Below, piece after piece: positions 10,977 through 20,725 of a stretch of DNA of 64,000 bases (the stretch's first letter is position 1; the number at the start of each line of letters is the position of its first letter). Under the pieces are notes generated by a model. That model saw nothing but the letters and a program-made list of their open reading frames with translations. It did not search any database and had not been told where the DNA came from. Made by a program: the position numbers and the translations under genes. Source of the stretch: an uncultured bacterium. GTDB taxonomy: Bacteria; Desulfobacterota_D; UBA1144; Nemesobacterales; UBA2774. The stretch spans positions 512,001 to 576,000 of the forward strand of contig CAVPJU010000006.1 of the NCBI GenBank assembly GCA_963705505.1, given 5' to 3'.

Positions 10977-12155
10977 TCAGGCAGATTCGGTCTGTTTCGT
11001 CTTATATGAGCGGTAGATAAGAAAAATAAGCATTGAGATCCAGATAATAGGCTGGCCGGTCCTGAAGAGAGTGCCGATGGGGAACGGGAGCTGGAGAAAG
11101 AATCCGGGGATAAGAAAACCGAGACCGGAAGTTAAAAGCAATACATCGGCCGCGATTCCCTCTCTCCGGGATAGCTGCCGGGATTTTATTATCCTGAAGA
11201 TCGCAATTATCGGGACCAGGATCAGTAAATCGTCATAGAGGCCGTGATAGGTCCACAGGCGGGCGACGATAGCCGCAACGCCGAGCTGAATCCAAATATC
11301 CGTTTTCCGAAAACCATATAGATATAAACCCAGTGCGATAAACGAGCCGAGTGACGAGGGGAGTATTAAATTATTCAAACCTAGCTTGCCGAGCCAGATA
11401 TGAAGATGGGAGTATCCCCCGGTTGCTGCCAGCTGTGAGCTATTCTCTACCCACACCCGCAGTGTCTCAATAAGACCCGAGTCGCGGTATGAAATTGCGA
11501 CATATGTCAGTATGATGTAGCCGGAAGCCGCAATAATTAAAGGCCGGAATGCTCTTTGCGATATGAGTAAAATTAAGAAAAACGGAGCCGTAACGGTGAT
11601 CTTGAGCAAGGAAAAAAGGAGGAGTAACGAGACGACTGTGTCCCTGCCAAGACTGCGCTCTCTTTTCCTTTCCAGCAGGACAGCGGTTAAAATAGCCGGA
11701 AGGAGAAAGAGAATGACCTGGCCGTTGCCGATAGTGATTCCGGTCGGGTAGATCGACAAAATAAAGAGAACGGAGAATAATATCTCCTCTCTTTTTTTTA
11801 TTCCGGTTTCACCGATAACTATGCGTAATAGCCATGCGACTGAAATGATATACAAAATCGCCCAGAGCCATCTCGCAGATTCAAATGAAAGCCACCCTGT
11901 AAACGGCCAGAGCATTGTGTAAGTTGCGGGAAGAAGGACGACTTTATCAAGAGGTTTTCCTCCAAACCATAGGTTGACCCATTGATGCGCGATTCTGAGA
12001 TCGATTGCGCCGTTCCGGTTCTGGTCCATCAGAAGTCGCCAGAACTGATACGCCAATCTTGAAACTGCGAGGAAAGACATCAGCACAATGGCAATCTTAA
12101 ATAGAGACTTGCTCCTGTTGAGATACCATTCGTTAATGTCCGATATTTGTTTCAT
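10977..12155 (-). CDS. GT87/DUF2029-like GT-C membrane glycosyltransferase
   Basis: GAIDL, LLWPF-like segment, ITIGNGQVIL, LLK, YHGLYDDL; multi-TM. Confidence 0.7.
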   Translation of the reverse strand: MKQISDINEWYLNRSKSLFKIAIVLMSFLAVSRLAYQFWRLLMDQNRNGAIDLRIAHQWVNLWFGGKPLDKVVLLPATYTMLWPFTGWLSFESARWLWAILYIISVAWLLRIVIGETGIKKREEILFSVLFILSIYPTGITIGNGQVILFLLPAILTAVLLERKRERSLGRDTVVSLLLLFSLLKITVTAPFFLILLISQRAFRPLIIAASGYIILTYVAISYRDSGLIETLRVWVENSSQLAATGGYSHLHIWLGKLGLNNLILPSSLGSFIALGLYLYGFRKTDIWIQLGVAAIVARLWTYHGLYDDLLILVPIIAIFRIIKSRQLSRREGIAADVLLLTSGLGFLIPGFFLQLPFPIGTLFRTGQPIIWISMLIFLIYRSYKTKQTESA

Positions 12156-12306
12156 GCACGAATTACCGCAGAGAAATTCTTGTGAATTTGCTTGCGGAGC
12201 TTAACAAAAATTAATGTCCTATTGTATTATTTACGGGTAAACATAGCATTATGTATAAATGGTGCAAGCTCAATACGGGAAAAATAAATTTTGAACGATC
12301 GGTATC

Positions 12307-12996
12307 ATGAAAATATCCTGTTTCGGTTGTAATTCCGTATTCAACGAGGAGGCCGTTATGGAAAAGACTATACGCGGTTATCATAACGTAATCCTCAGTC
12401 AGTTGCTTGGGTCTGAAATGATAGTTGTACATGATTGTTCGACGGACAGCACACCGCTGATTTTGAAGAAGCTTGCGGAAGAATTAAGCGGTGTCAGGTT
12501 TTTAAGATCCTTTAGAAATATCGATTATGTTAAAGCGCTTCGACTTGCATTTGAGAATGTTGACCACGATATCATGTTTCATACAAATAGTGATTATCAG
12601 TTTGATCCGAGAGATTTCAGAAAGCTCTTTCTCGAAGCGGCGGAGAACGATCTCGTAATCGGTTATAGGGTTGTTAGACGAGACTCGGTTCACCGAATAA
12701 TAATTTCTCATATAGTAAGATTACTAAGCTTTATATTGTTCGGCATAAAATTTCGTGATGCCAATTCCCCAGTTAAGATTGTAAGAATAAACTGTCTCAA
12801 TAAATGGCTAATGTATTTGGATTCTGATGCGCTAGCACCGTCTATTATGCTTTCTATTACGGCCCAGCATAAGCGCTTAAGGGTAAAAGAAGTTCCCGTA
12901 ACACATTATCCGGGGAAGTCCGGCAAAACTTCAATTGAGAAGCGTAGGCTTGTAAAAATATTAGCTCGCCCGATGAGTATGCGGGTATTTAATTGA
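12307..12996 (+). pseudogene. Degenerate GT2 glycosyltransferase (polyprenol-phosphate sugar synthase-like)
   Basis: GT2 skeleton (FNEE, VVHDCSTD, QFDP, EVPVTH) with DxD changed to NSD, N-G-Y-G changed to NIDYV, and N-terminal VSVVIP present only in a shifted frame. Confidence 0.55.
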
Positions 12997-13069
12997 GTAC
13001 TCATGATCTCGATAGGTAGCATTTGGTTAAGCTTAACTGAGGTAAAATTTATAAAATGAGTATATATAG

Positions 13070-14500
13070 ATGAAGGTCGGAGTCATCGGGGCGGGTCCCG
13101 CGGGGCTTGCTTGCGCGTATCAGCTTGCGAAGGCGGGAATTACAACAGACGTGTTCGAAGCGAGCGGTTCCGTAGGCGGGCTCGCCAGATCGTTTAACCT
13201 CTGGAACCAGAGGGTCGATCTCGGTCCCCACCGCTTTTTCAGCAGGGACCCGCGTGTGAATAGGCTGTGGCTCGAGGTCGTGGGAAGGGACTATTTAATG
13301 GTCGACCGTCTGACGAGGATTCTTTACAATAACCGGCTCTTCCAGTATCCGCTCCAGGCTGCGGACGTTATCTCCAAACTCGGCCCGGCCGAGATGTCAT
13401 TGTGCTTATTAAGCTACCTTCGCCAGAAAGTAGCCCCGGAGGACCGTGGACAGGGCGAAGAGACATTCGAGAGCTGGGTGGTCAAGAGGTTCGGTCGGAG
13501 ACTTTTCGAGATATTTTTTAAGACTTACAGCGAGAAACTGTGGGGCATTCCCTGCAGCGAGCTCGACGCCGACTTCGCCATCCAGAGGATAAAGAAGTTC
13601 TCATTGTTCGAGGCTCTGAAGGCCGCTTTTTCGACTGATAAAGGGGGGAAGCACAAGACGCTTGTCGACAGGTTCGCCTACCCTGTCGAAGGCACGGGGA
13701 TGGTTTACGAGCGGATGGCTTCTTATGTCTCGGAGAGGGGCGGGAATATTTACCTGAGGACGCCTGTCAAAAGGGTTATCAATACGGGCCGCGAGGTGAA
13801 AGGAATCGAGCTTGCTGACGGCAGGACGGAGAATTATGACCATGTCGTGTCTACAATGCCTCTTACACTGCTTGTTTTGAGTCTCGAGGGAGTGGATGAC
13901 GATGTAATTGCCTCCGCGAAGTCTCTTAAGTTTCGGAATACGATCCTGGTCTATCTCAATGTTCCGGATGAAAATTTATTCCCCGACAACTGGATTTATA
14001 TACATTCCCCGCAATTGAGGGTGGGGAGAATAACCAATTTCAGAAACTGGTCGCCGAAGCTGCACGGTGAGGAAAGGAGCTCGATATTAGCTCTGGAGTA
14101 CTGGTGCAATGAAGCCGACGAATTCTGGTCATGGGACGATCAAAAGCTGATTGAGTTGGGCAAAAAAGAGCTGTCGGACGCGGGACTCGCACGGGGAGAG
14201 GATACATCGGACGGTTATGTACACCGTATAAATAAATGCTATCCGGTTTACGGTATGGGGTATAAAAAGCTGTTAATGCCTATCGAGAATTATCTCGACG
14301 GAATAAAGGGTTTGACCGTGATCGGACGGTACGGGGCCTTTAAATATAACAATCAGGACCATAGCATATTGATGGGTCTTCTGGCTGCGGAGAACATTGT
14401 CAGCGGCGCTGAAAACAATCTGTGGGCTATAAACACAGACTATGAATATCAGGAGTCTGCGTTAATCACCGAGACCGGGCTCGTCGAGCTGAATGCTTGA
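13070..14500 (+). CDS. FAD-dependent oxidoreductase (protoporphyrinogen oxidase / UDP-galactopyranose mutase-like fold)
   Basis: VIGAGPAGL, VGGLARS, DLGPHRFFS, YSEKLWG, GRYGAFKYNNQDHS. Confidence 0.8.
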   Translation: MKVGVIGAGPAGLACAYQLAKAGITTDVFEASGSVGGLARSFNLWNQRVDLGPHRFFSRDPRVNRLWLEVVGRDYLMVDRLTRILYNNRLFQYPLQAADVISKLGPAEMSLCLLSYLRQKVAPEDRGQGEETFESWVVKRFGRRLFEIFFKTYSEKLWGIPCSELDADFAIQRIKKFSLFEALKAAFSTDKGGKHKTLVDRFAYPVEGTGMVYERMASYVSERGGNIYLRTPVKRVINTGREVKGIELADGRTENYDHVVSTMPLTLLVLSLEGVDDDVIASAKSLKFRNTILVYLNVPDENLFPDNWIYIHSPQLRVGRITNFRNWSPKLHGEERSSILALEYWCNEADEFWSWDDQKLIELGKKELSDAGLARGEDTSDGYVHRINKCYPVYGMGYKKLLMPIENYLDGIKGLTVIGRYGAFKYNNQDHSILMGLLAAENIVSGAENNLWAINTDYEYQESALITETGLVELNA

Positions 14501-14579
14501 GCGGGGCAGATGTTTTACATTATTATCATGTTCGGATGTGCGGTCGCAGAATGATATACAACATCATCCGGAAATTTGA

Positions 14580-15974
14580 ATGAATAAATCATTTAAGAAT
14601 ATACTCTGGCCGGTCGTATTATGGGGAATATTCGCGGGAATCCTAGTCTCGATTTTTTTCTATTCATATAACCGGGGCTTTGATCCCGATGAGTTCGAGC
14701 ATATGCACACGGCGTGGAAAATCTCTCGGGGGCAGGAAATTTTTATCGAATTCTTCCAGCATCATCACCCGTTTTTTGATTACATGATTACGCCAGTTGT
14801 CGATACGTATGGGGACACTATCGAGTCTATATTCGTCAGTCGTTATATGATGTTATTGCTCGTGGCGGGTATTCTGGCCGGAACTTATTTGTTATCCGTC
14901 AGAATATTCAAAAATTCCGAGATCGGCGTACTGAGTCTCATAATGACCTCCACCGTTGTGACATTTTATATGAAATCAATCGAAATCAGGCCGGATGTCC
15001 CTCAGACGCTTGCGGGACTCTTGTCGGTATATTTTTTATTTGTCTATTACGATAAAAAGTCTCTAAAAAGTCTTGTAGCCAGCGCGGTATTCCTCGGGGT
15101 TTCTTATCTCTTTTTGCAAAAAAGCATCGTTTTAATTATCGCTATCGCCGTACTGCTCCTGTACGACTTGTTAAAAAAACGGATTCAGTACAAGCATGCG
15201 GTGTTATATGCCGCGATATTTCTAATATCGGTCCTTCCGTACTACATCTATCTTGTATTGAGCGGGACATTCGAGCGGTATTTTGTGACGAACTGGTTAG
15301 TCAATTATTACCTGGCGCAGGCTTTCAGCAGGCTCGATAGCTACGCCGCAATTTCAAGAGAAAATACCATAACGTGCGTACTTTACCTGATAGGAATTAT
15401 AACGATGATCAGATCGGGCAAGGAGAATAGATTTGCGGTTTTGTCGATCTTACTGATGATCCTCCCTGTAATTTTGTTTACAAACCTCTGGAGACAATAT
15501 CTGATGCTCACGATACCCCCGTTCGCAATAGTTGCGAGCTATGCCCTTTATTCGGCTTTCAACAGCAGGTTGATCAGGTTTGTCGTTCTTATAGGAGCCG
15601 TATATGTACCCCTCGCCTTCATGCATAATCATGGTTTTTTCAAAATGGACAATAAACAACAAAGAGCTCAGCTGGCTAAAATTGAATATGTACTGTCGAT
15701 AACCGACCAGGACGACAAGGTTTACGACGGCAATGTAGTATTTAATGTTTTTCGTGACGATATCGATTATTTCTGGTTTTGTATGGAATATCCGTCCTGT
15801 CTCGATGCCTATAAGAAGATAACGGATCATAAATATAACATTTACGATTTGATCGCCGCTCAGAAACCCAAAGTCATATCGACTTACGGTATAAGTAGTT
15901 TCAATGATATAAGGATTAAGAATAAATACAGGGTTTCGGATAAATATCCGGACCTCTATATTAGAGTGGATTGA
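14580..15974 (+). CDS. GT-C membrane glycosyltransferase, ArnT/PMT-like
   Basis: DPDEFEHMHTAW, FFQHHHP, EIRPD; multi-TM. Confidence 0.8.
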   Translation: MNKSFKNILWPVVLWGIFAGILVSIFFYSYNRGFDPDEFEHMHTAWKISRGQEIFIEFFQHHHPFFDYMITPVVDTYGDTIESIFVSRYMMLLLVAGILAGTYLLSVRIFKNSEIGVLSLIMTSTVVTFYMKSIEIRPDVPQTLAGLLSVYFLFVYYDKKSLKSLVASAVFLGVSYLFLQKSIVLIIAIAVLLLYDLLKKRIQYKHAVLYAAIFLISVLPYYIYLVLSGTFERYFVTNWLVNYYLAQAFSRLDSYAAISRENTITCVLYLIGIITMIRSGKENRFAVLSILLMILPVILFTNLWRQYLMLTIPPFAIVASYALYSAFNSRLIRFVVLIGAVYVPLAFMHNHGFFKMDNKQQRAQLAKIEYVLSITDQDDKVYDGNVVFNVFRDDIDYFWFCMEYPSCLDAYKKITDHKYNIYDLIAAQKPKVISTYGISSFNDIRIKNKYRVSDKYPDLYIRVD

Positions 15975-16002
15975 CGACGACCAATGACGGGGAGGTCATA
16001 TT

Positions 16003-16560
16003 GTGCTTTTAAACGATCTTGCTTTGTTTTTTTCTCTCTTTCTGTTTCAAATATTTTTTTTCCTTCTTCTTCATTTCGTAATTCTAAGAATTTTTGCGAA
16101 AAGCAACCTTCTTTACTCCTCGGTATTCACGAGCATTCTCAGTGTTGTTTTAGTTGCCTTATTGAGCTATTTTCTTGTTTCCGACCTGTTTTCCACGCCT
16201 GAATCATACGCTGTATCGGCTGCGGGGAGCGGGATAGCCGCAATTTTCGCCTGCGGCCTTTATACGTTTTTAGGGCCTGCTACCGCGGACCGGTCATTAG
16301 CATGCCAGCTGCTGGTATTCCTTTCCAACAAGGCCGGGGCCGAATGCCGCCGGGAGGAACTCTATCATCGTTTTGACCCCGTGGGTTTTATCGAGAAACG
16401 AATAGACGAGTGCAGGAAGGAAAATATTATCGAAGATTGTGATGAAACCATAGTATTGACGGACAAAGGAAAAAGGATCGCGAGGGTTTATATATTTCTT
16501 CTCCGCTCTCTCGGATTGCGTGAGAGGAATGATTACAAGGAATATTTCCCGAATGATTAG
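16003..16560 (+). CDS. Hypothetical membrane protein (about 3 TM) with winged-helix-like C-terminus
   Basis: GGAGG RBS before GTG; hydrophobic N-terminal half; C-terminal RSLACQLL...EEL...KRIDE...IVLTDKGKRIA. Confidence 0.7.
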   Translation: MLLNDLALFFSLFLFQIFFFLLLHFVILRIFAKSNLLYSSVFTSILSVVLVALLSYFLVSDLFSTPESYAVSAAGSGIAAIFACGLYTFLGPATADRSLACQLLVFLSNKAGAECRREELYHRFDPVGFIEKRIDECRKENIIEDCDETIVLTDKGKRIARVYIFLLRSLGLRERNDYKEYFPND

Positions 16561-16568
16561 CTAGCATT

Positions 16569-18193
16569 ATGAATGAGGAAAATGAAACTCTATACCCCGG
16601 ACTATTAAAATACATTCAGGGCATCGATAAGCTCTTCTGGCTGCTGATAATCGTTTTTGCCGGTATCCCCTTATTGCATTATTCATACGTCCCGCTATGG
16701 GACGGATGGCAGTTCTCCCGCTGTTATATGAAATCGGTATCCACGGGGTCGCTGGACTGTTACAATCACAGCGCATTTCTGCATACATTTCTTTTCAGCC
16801 TCACGCAAAGAATAGATTTAGGAAATTTTCAGCTGATCTATACATTAAATTTACTACTGGGAATTTTAGGATTGCTAAGTTTCAGATCGCTCTTACAATA
16901 CCTCTTCGGCGGCCGTTTGTCCCCTGCTAACCTCACGTTACTTACATTTTGTTTCGGATTGAACCCGGTGTTTTTGGCCCAGGTAATCCAGCCTTCGCTC
17001 GATTTCACACTCCCGATTTATTTAGTGATGATGCTCCTTTGTTTATTTAAAAACCGGTTTGTTTATGCGGCGGCGGCGGGGATAATGATGGTCTTCACCA
17101 AAGAATCCGGATTCATGCTTTACGGAGTCGGTGTATTTCTTTTTATAGCTCTTATGATATTCAGCGATCCCTTGTTGACCAGAGATAAAATAAAGTTCGT
17201 CAAGAAAATATGGGTATTGATTATACCGATCCTGCTCTTTGCATTTTATATGATCCTTGTCCCTAATACTCAAATCGGTCATTCCTGGACTGAGGGTATT
17301 ATGAAGATGTTTCGATTTTATTTACTGAGTAAGATGATTTTGGCTCAGCTCATAGCTCTGCTGGTTATTAATTTTAATTGGCTGATTACCGCCTTCGTAC
17401 TAATTAACATTTTGATTATAAGCGCCGGGTTTGTGAAGTCGCTAAAACATAAGGTCAACGTAAGAACGGTCTTTAACAGCAAGTATGAAGGGGATCTATT
17501 TTTATATCTTGTTTTTCGCTATTATTTATTTTCTCACCCGCATCCCCTTTGTAAATAACCCCCGATACATGCTGCCGGCTCTTCCCGTCTTAATAATACT
17601 GCTCGGGGCTTCACTTGTGAGGGTATTGAGAAATCAGCCGCTTATTACGATTGCATTGGCCGTATTGCTTGTACTGTTAACTGTATCGTCATTCAGAACT
17701 ATCGATCCGGTATCGAAAAAAATCATGGGGACATTTAAATTCGGCTCTCACGAATTACTACAGATGGCCAAATTTGACGGACCCAAACACGGGTACGGAA
17801 GGGACCATCTCGTATATAACTTCGAATTTACTCAATTCCATTACGTAACGGAAAAGATATTCAGGAGAGTGGGGTGGGCAAGAGATTTCGTTATCCCGCT
17901 GGGAAGTGACCTGGCTTCCGGACTTCGGCGCTTTTGATACCGAAACCGGACATCGGGCTATATACGGGGACAGGGTCAGATCTCTTTCGTTAAAGTATTC
18001 CGATGAAGTTATGTCGAGTAATAACGCCCCTCAGGAAATTTATTATATTTCATATCCTAATTACGATCGAGATAACATGAACGCTATCAATAGAGCACGA
18101 TTATCGCGTATGTACGACCTTAAGGAAATTATCACTGTGGAAAACGATGGCTACAGCATAGACGTGTATCACTACATAAAAAAGAATGATTGA
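16569..18193 (+). CDS. GT-C-like multi-TM glycosyltransferase (two frameshifts, ~540 aa corrected)
   Basis: ORFs 16569-17558, 17485-17937 and 17906-18193 join by +1 shifts (GGGG at 17490-17493; near 17903); motifs PLWDG, FTKESG, NPRYMLP. Confidence 0.7.
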
Positions 18194-18388
18194 CAGTTTG
18201 GAGCGAAGACACATTAGGCAGACAGCGGATACCAGGATTGTAGGGACTTGCATTCCATTAACTGCCGCAAGGGAATAACTACATAGATGATGAAATGCCG
18301 AAGTATTACTGTGTATAATACCTATTCACGCACCTTCGCAAAGGCAGCGGCATGAGCAAAATGTGGAGTCGTAAAGGATGTTTCTTAA

Positions 18389-19915
18389 ATGCTATTAGTA
18401 AATCATCTGAAGAGAATCGCGCATCAAACTCCGGATAAATATCAACTTATATTCTGTAACCGCAAATTTACATTCAAAGACCTCGACGAGCTTACGGACC
18501 GTATCGCAATGTCTCTTCTGAAGGCCGGTGTTAAACGCGGAGATCGTATTGCGTTGTTTCTAAAAAACTGTCCCGAGCTCGTTTTTTGTTACTACGCGTG
18601 TTTTAAGATCGGCGCCATTGCCGTACCGATTAATTACCGCTATAAAGGTCCGGAGCTTGCATACGCCGTAACACACTGCGAAGCCAAGATGCTTATTATC
18701 CATGACGAACTTTTTCATGAGTATGCGAATGTGCGAAATAATTTAAAAAGCATCGGGAAGTGCTACTTGGTCGCCGGTAGTGATACACCTGCCGATATAA
18801 GCAGCTTTTCCGACCTGACGGCAGAAACAGTTCACGATATCCGTTTGCCGATTATTGAAGGAAATGACCCTGCCGTAATTCTCTATACCTCAGGCACAAC
18901 TGCCAAACCCAAAGGCGTTATACACACTCACTATAGTTTGCTTCACACGGCAATTAACCTGGGAGCGACTCAACACCTGAATTCCGGCGACATAAGCCTT
19001 ATACCTTTGCCGATTTGTCACATCTTCGGTTTTACGGGAGTTATAGCTACAGTATTTGTCGGGGGAACTGTGATTTTAATGCCTGCGTTCGAGCCCGAAA
19101 GCTTCCTGGATTCCGTCGATAAATACCATCCGACTACAACAACTCTCTTACCTTCGGAGCTGGCGGACATAGTTAATCACCAAAGGGCACTAACGTGTGA
19201 TTTCAGCTCATTGAAGCACTGCTTTGCGGGAGGAGATAAAGTCCCTATCGAGATACACAGGCGATTCCGTGATCTCACCGGAGTAGAGATTACCGAAGGC
19301 TGCGGTATGACCGAGTGCTGTCCCTACGCGGTGAATCCCCCATCCGGGCCAAAGCAGCTCGGCTCTATAGGAATACCGGTCCATGCGGCAAGCCTGCGCC
19401 TCGTCGATGATAGCGGCAAAGATGTTCCAAAGGGTGATGTCGGGGAAGTTATCGTAAAAAGCGAAGCTAACATGGCCGGGTATTGGAACAATAAAGAAGA
19501 AACAGCGAAAGCCTTGAAGGACGGTTGGCTATATACGGGGGACCTGGCGCGAGTAGATCGGGATGGGTACTACTGGTTTGTTTGCCGTAAAAAGGATATC
19601 ATCATTCGAGGCGGCTCCAATATCTCCCCGCTTGAGGTCGAGGAGGTATTTTATGAGCACCCTGCCGTGAAAGCCGTCGGTGTAATCGGGCTTCCCGATA
19701 AATACCTGGGAGAAACCGTCAAAGCTTACGTATCTTTGAAAAATGATGTTACGCCGTTGCCGACCGCAAACGAGTTAAAAACATTTGTTGGCTCACGAAT
19801 AGCATCATATAAGGTGCCGGAGAGGATAGAATTTCTGCCGGATTTGCCGTTAAGCCCGATCGGAAAAGTCGATCGGAAGAGATTGAAAAGTCTTGGGGAT
19901 ACTCTGCGGGACTAA
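18389..19915 (+). CDS. AMP-binding enzyme (long-chain acyl-CoA ligase-like)
   Basis: YTSGTTAKPKG, EGCGMTE, GWLYTGDL, RKKDIIIRGGSNISP, GKVDRK. Confidence 0.9.
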   Translation: MLLVNHLKRIAHQTPDKYQLIFCNRKFTFKDLDELTDRIAMSLLKAGVKRGDRIALFLKNCPELVFCYYACFKIGAIAVPINYRYKGPELAYAVTHCEAKMLIIHDELFHEYANVRNNLKSIGKCYLVAGSDTPADISSFSDLTAETVHDIRLPIIEGNDPAVILYTSGTTAKPKGVIHTHYSLLHTAINLGATQHLNSGDISLIPLPICHIFGFTGVIATVFVGGTVILMPAFEPESFLDSVDKYHPTTTTLLPSELADIVNHQRALTCDFSSLKHCFAGGDKVPIEIHRRFRDLTGVEITEGCGMTECCPYAVNPPSGPKQLGSIGIPVHAASLRLVDDSGKDVPKGDVGEVIVKSEANMAGYWNNKEETAKALKDGWLYTGDLARVDRDGYYWFVCRKKDIIIRGGSNISPLEVEEVFYEHPAVKAVGVIGLPDKYLGETVKAYVSLKNDVTPLPTANELKTFVGSRIASYKVPERIEFLPDLPLSPIGKVDRKRLKSLGDTLRD

Positions 19916-20028
19916 ATTAAATATTTCAGGAAATCTTATAGATGTCTATCGGTATATTAACAAGAATCATTGACAACGCGTGGCCGAAGACACGCTCGGG
20001 ATTTCCGACATCGGCTGCGGGAATAAGG

Positions 20029-20355
20029 TCAGAAATCTCTGAGGTCGGCTACTGCGGCATTACCCTTAAAGAGCTCGTTGAACCTGGCCTTGTCGATAGA
20101 TAGAGAGACTATACGCGAGTTGTCCCCCGGATGAGCCCTGTTCATATCCGCAGCTTCCATGGTCGTAAAGAGCTTATTGGCGTTGTGACTCTTTGCGGCA
20201 TTTGATCCCCTCCGTCCCCTGAGGGATAATTTGAAAACGGTCACGGTTCCGTCAGGATTTGAACCGCCGTCGCACCTGACGGTAACGAGAGCCGTGGCTG
20301 TAACGGCGCCGCTCAATATTAGAAACTGTCTTCTTGTGATATCTGACTTACGCAT
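20029..20355 (-). CDS. Small Tat-exported hypothetical protein
   Basis: ITRRQFL twin-arginine motif followed by a hydrophobic stretch. Confidence 0.75.
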   Translation of the reverse strand: MRKSDITRRQFLILSGAVTATALVTVRCDGGSNPDGTVTVFKLSLRGRRGSNAAKSHNANKLFTTMEAADMNRAHPGDNSRIVSLSIDKARFNELFKGNAAVADLRDF

Positions 20356-20543
20356 AATATGTATTAGTGCGGGCAGGGGGAAGAGCCGAATTCCCCGCCG
20401 GTTCGATTAAACAATCGGCCCAGACTTTGCGACAGAACTCAATTTCCCGGAATCGGCCGCGCCCGCCGGACTCCCCGACGCGCGTTGCGGGGTTTCACGC
20501 CCACCTTTCTCGCCGACCGCCTTCTATCCTTTCTGCAATTCGA

Positions 20544-20572
20544 AATGTAATGCCGTTTGTTTTTCATGTCAA
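20544..20572 (-). promoter_or_regulatory. Sigma-70 promoter upstream of a ~180-nt GC-rich leader
   Basis: Minus strand TTGACA (20572-20567), 17 bp, TACATT (20549-20544). Confidence 0.65.
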
Positions 20573-20725
20573 TTCATCGGTATAAGCTGCTGCGACAGGG
20601 CATTTGGAATTCAGGCTCTGTAACCGCCTGTTAAGGTTTACAATTATTCGTGTTAATGGAGGAAAATTCTGGCAGCCTCTGCGGGATTCGAACCAGTCTC
20701 TTGATAATTGTGCGTATTGTTCAAG

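Noticed and set aside
20356..20540. 6S RNA, cobalamin or c-di-AMP riboswitch
   Set aside because: The ends do not form a long closing stem and the consensus motifs are absent; kept only as an unclassified leader.
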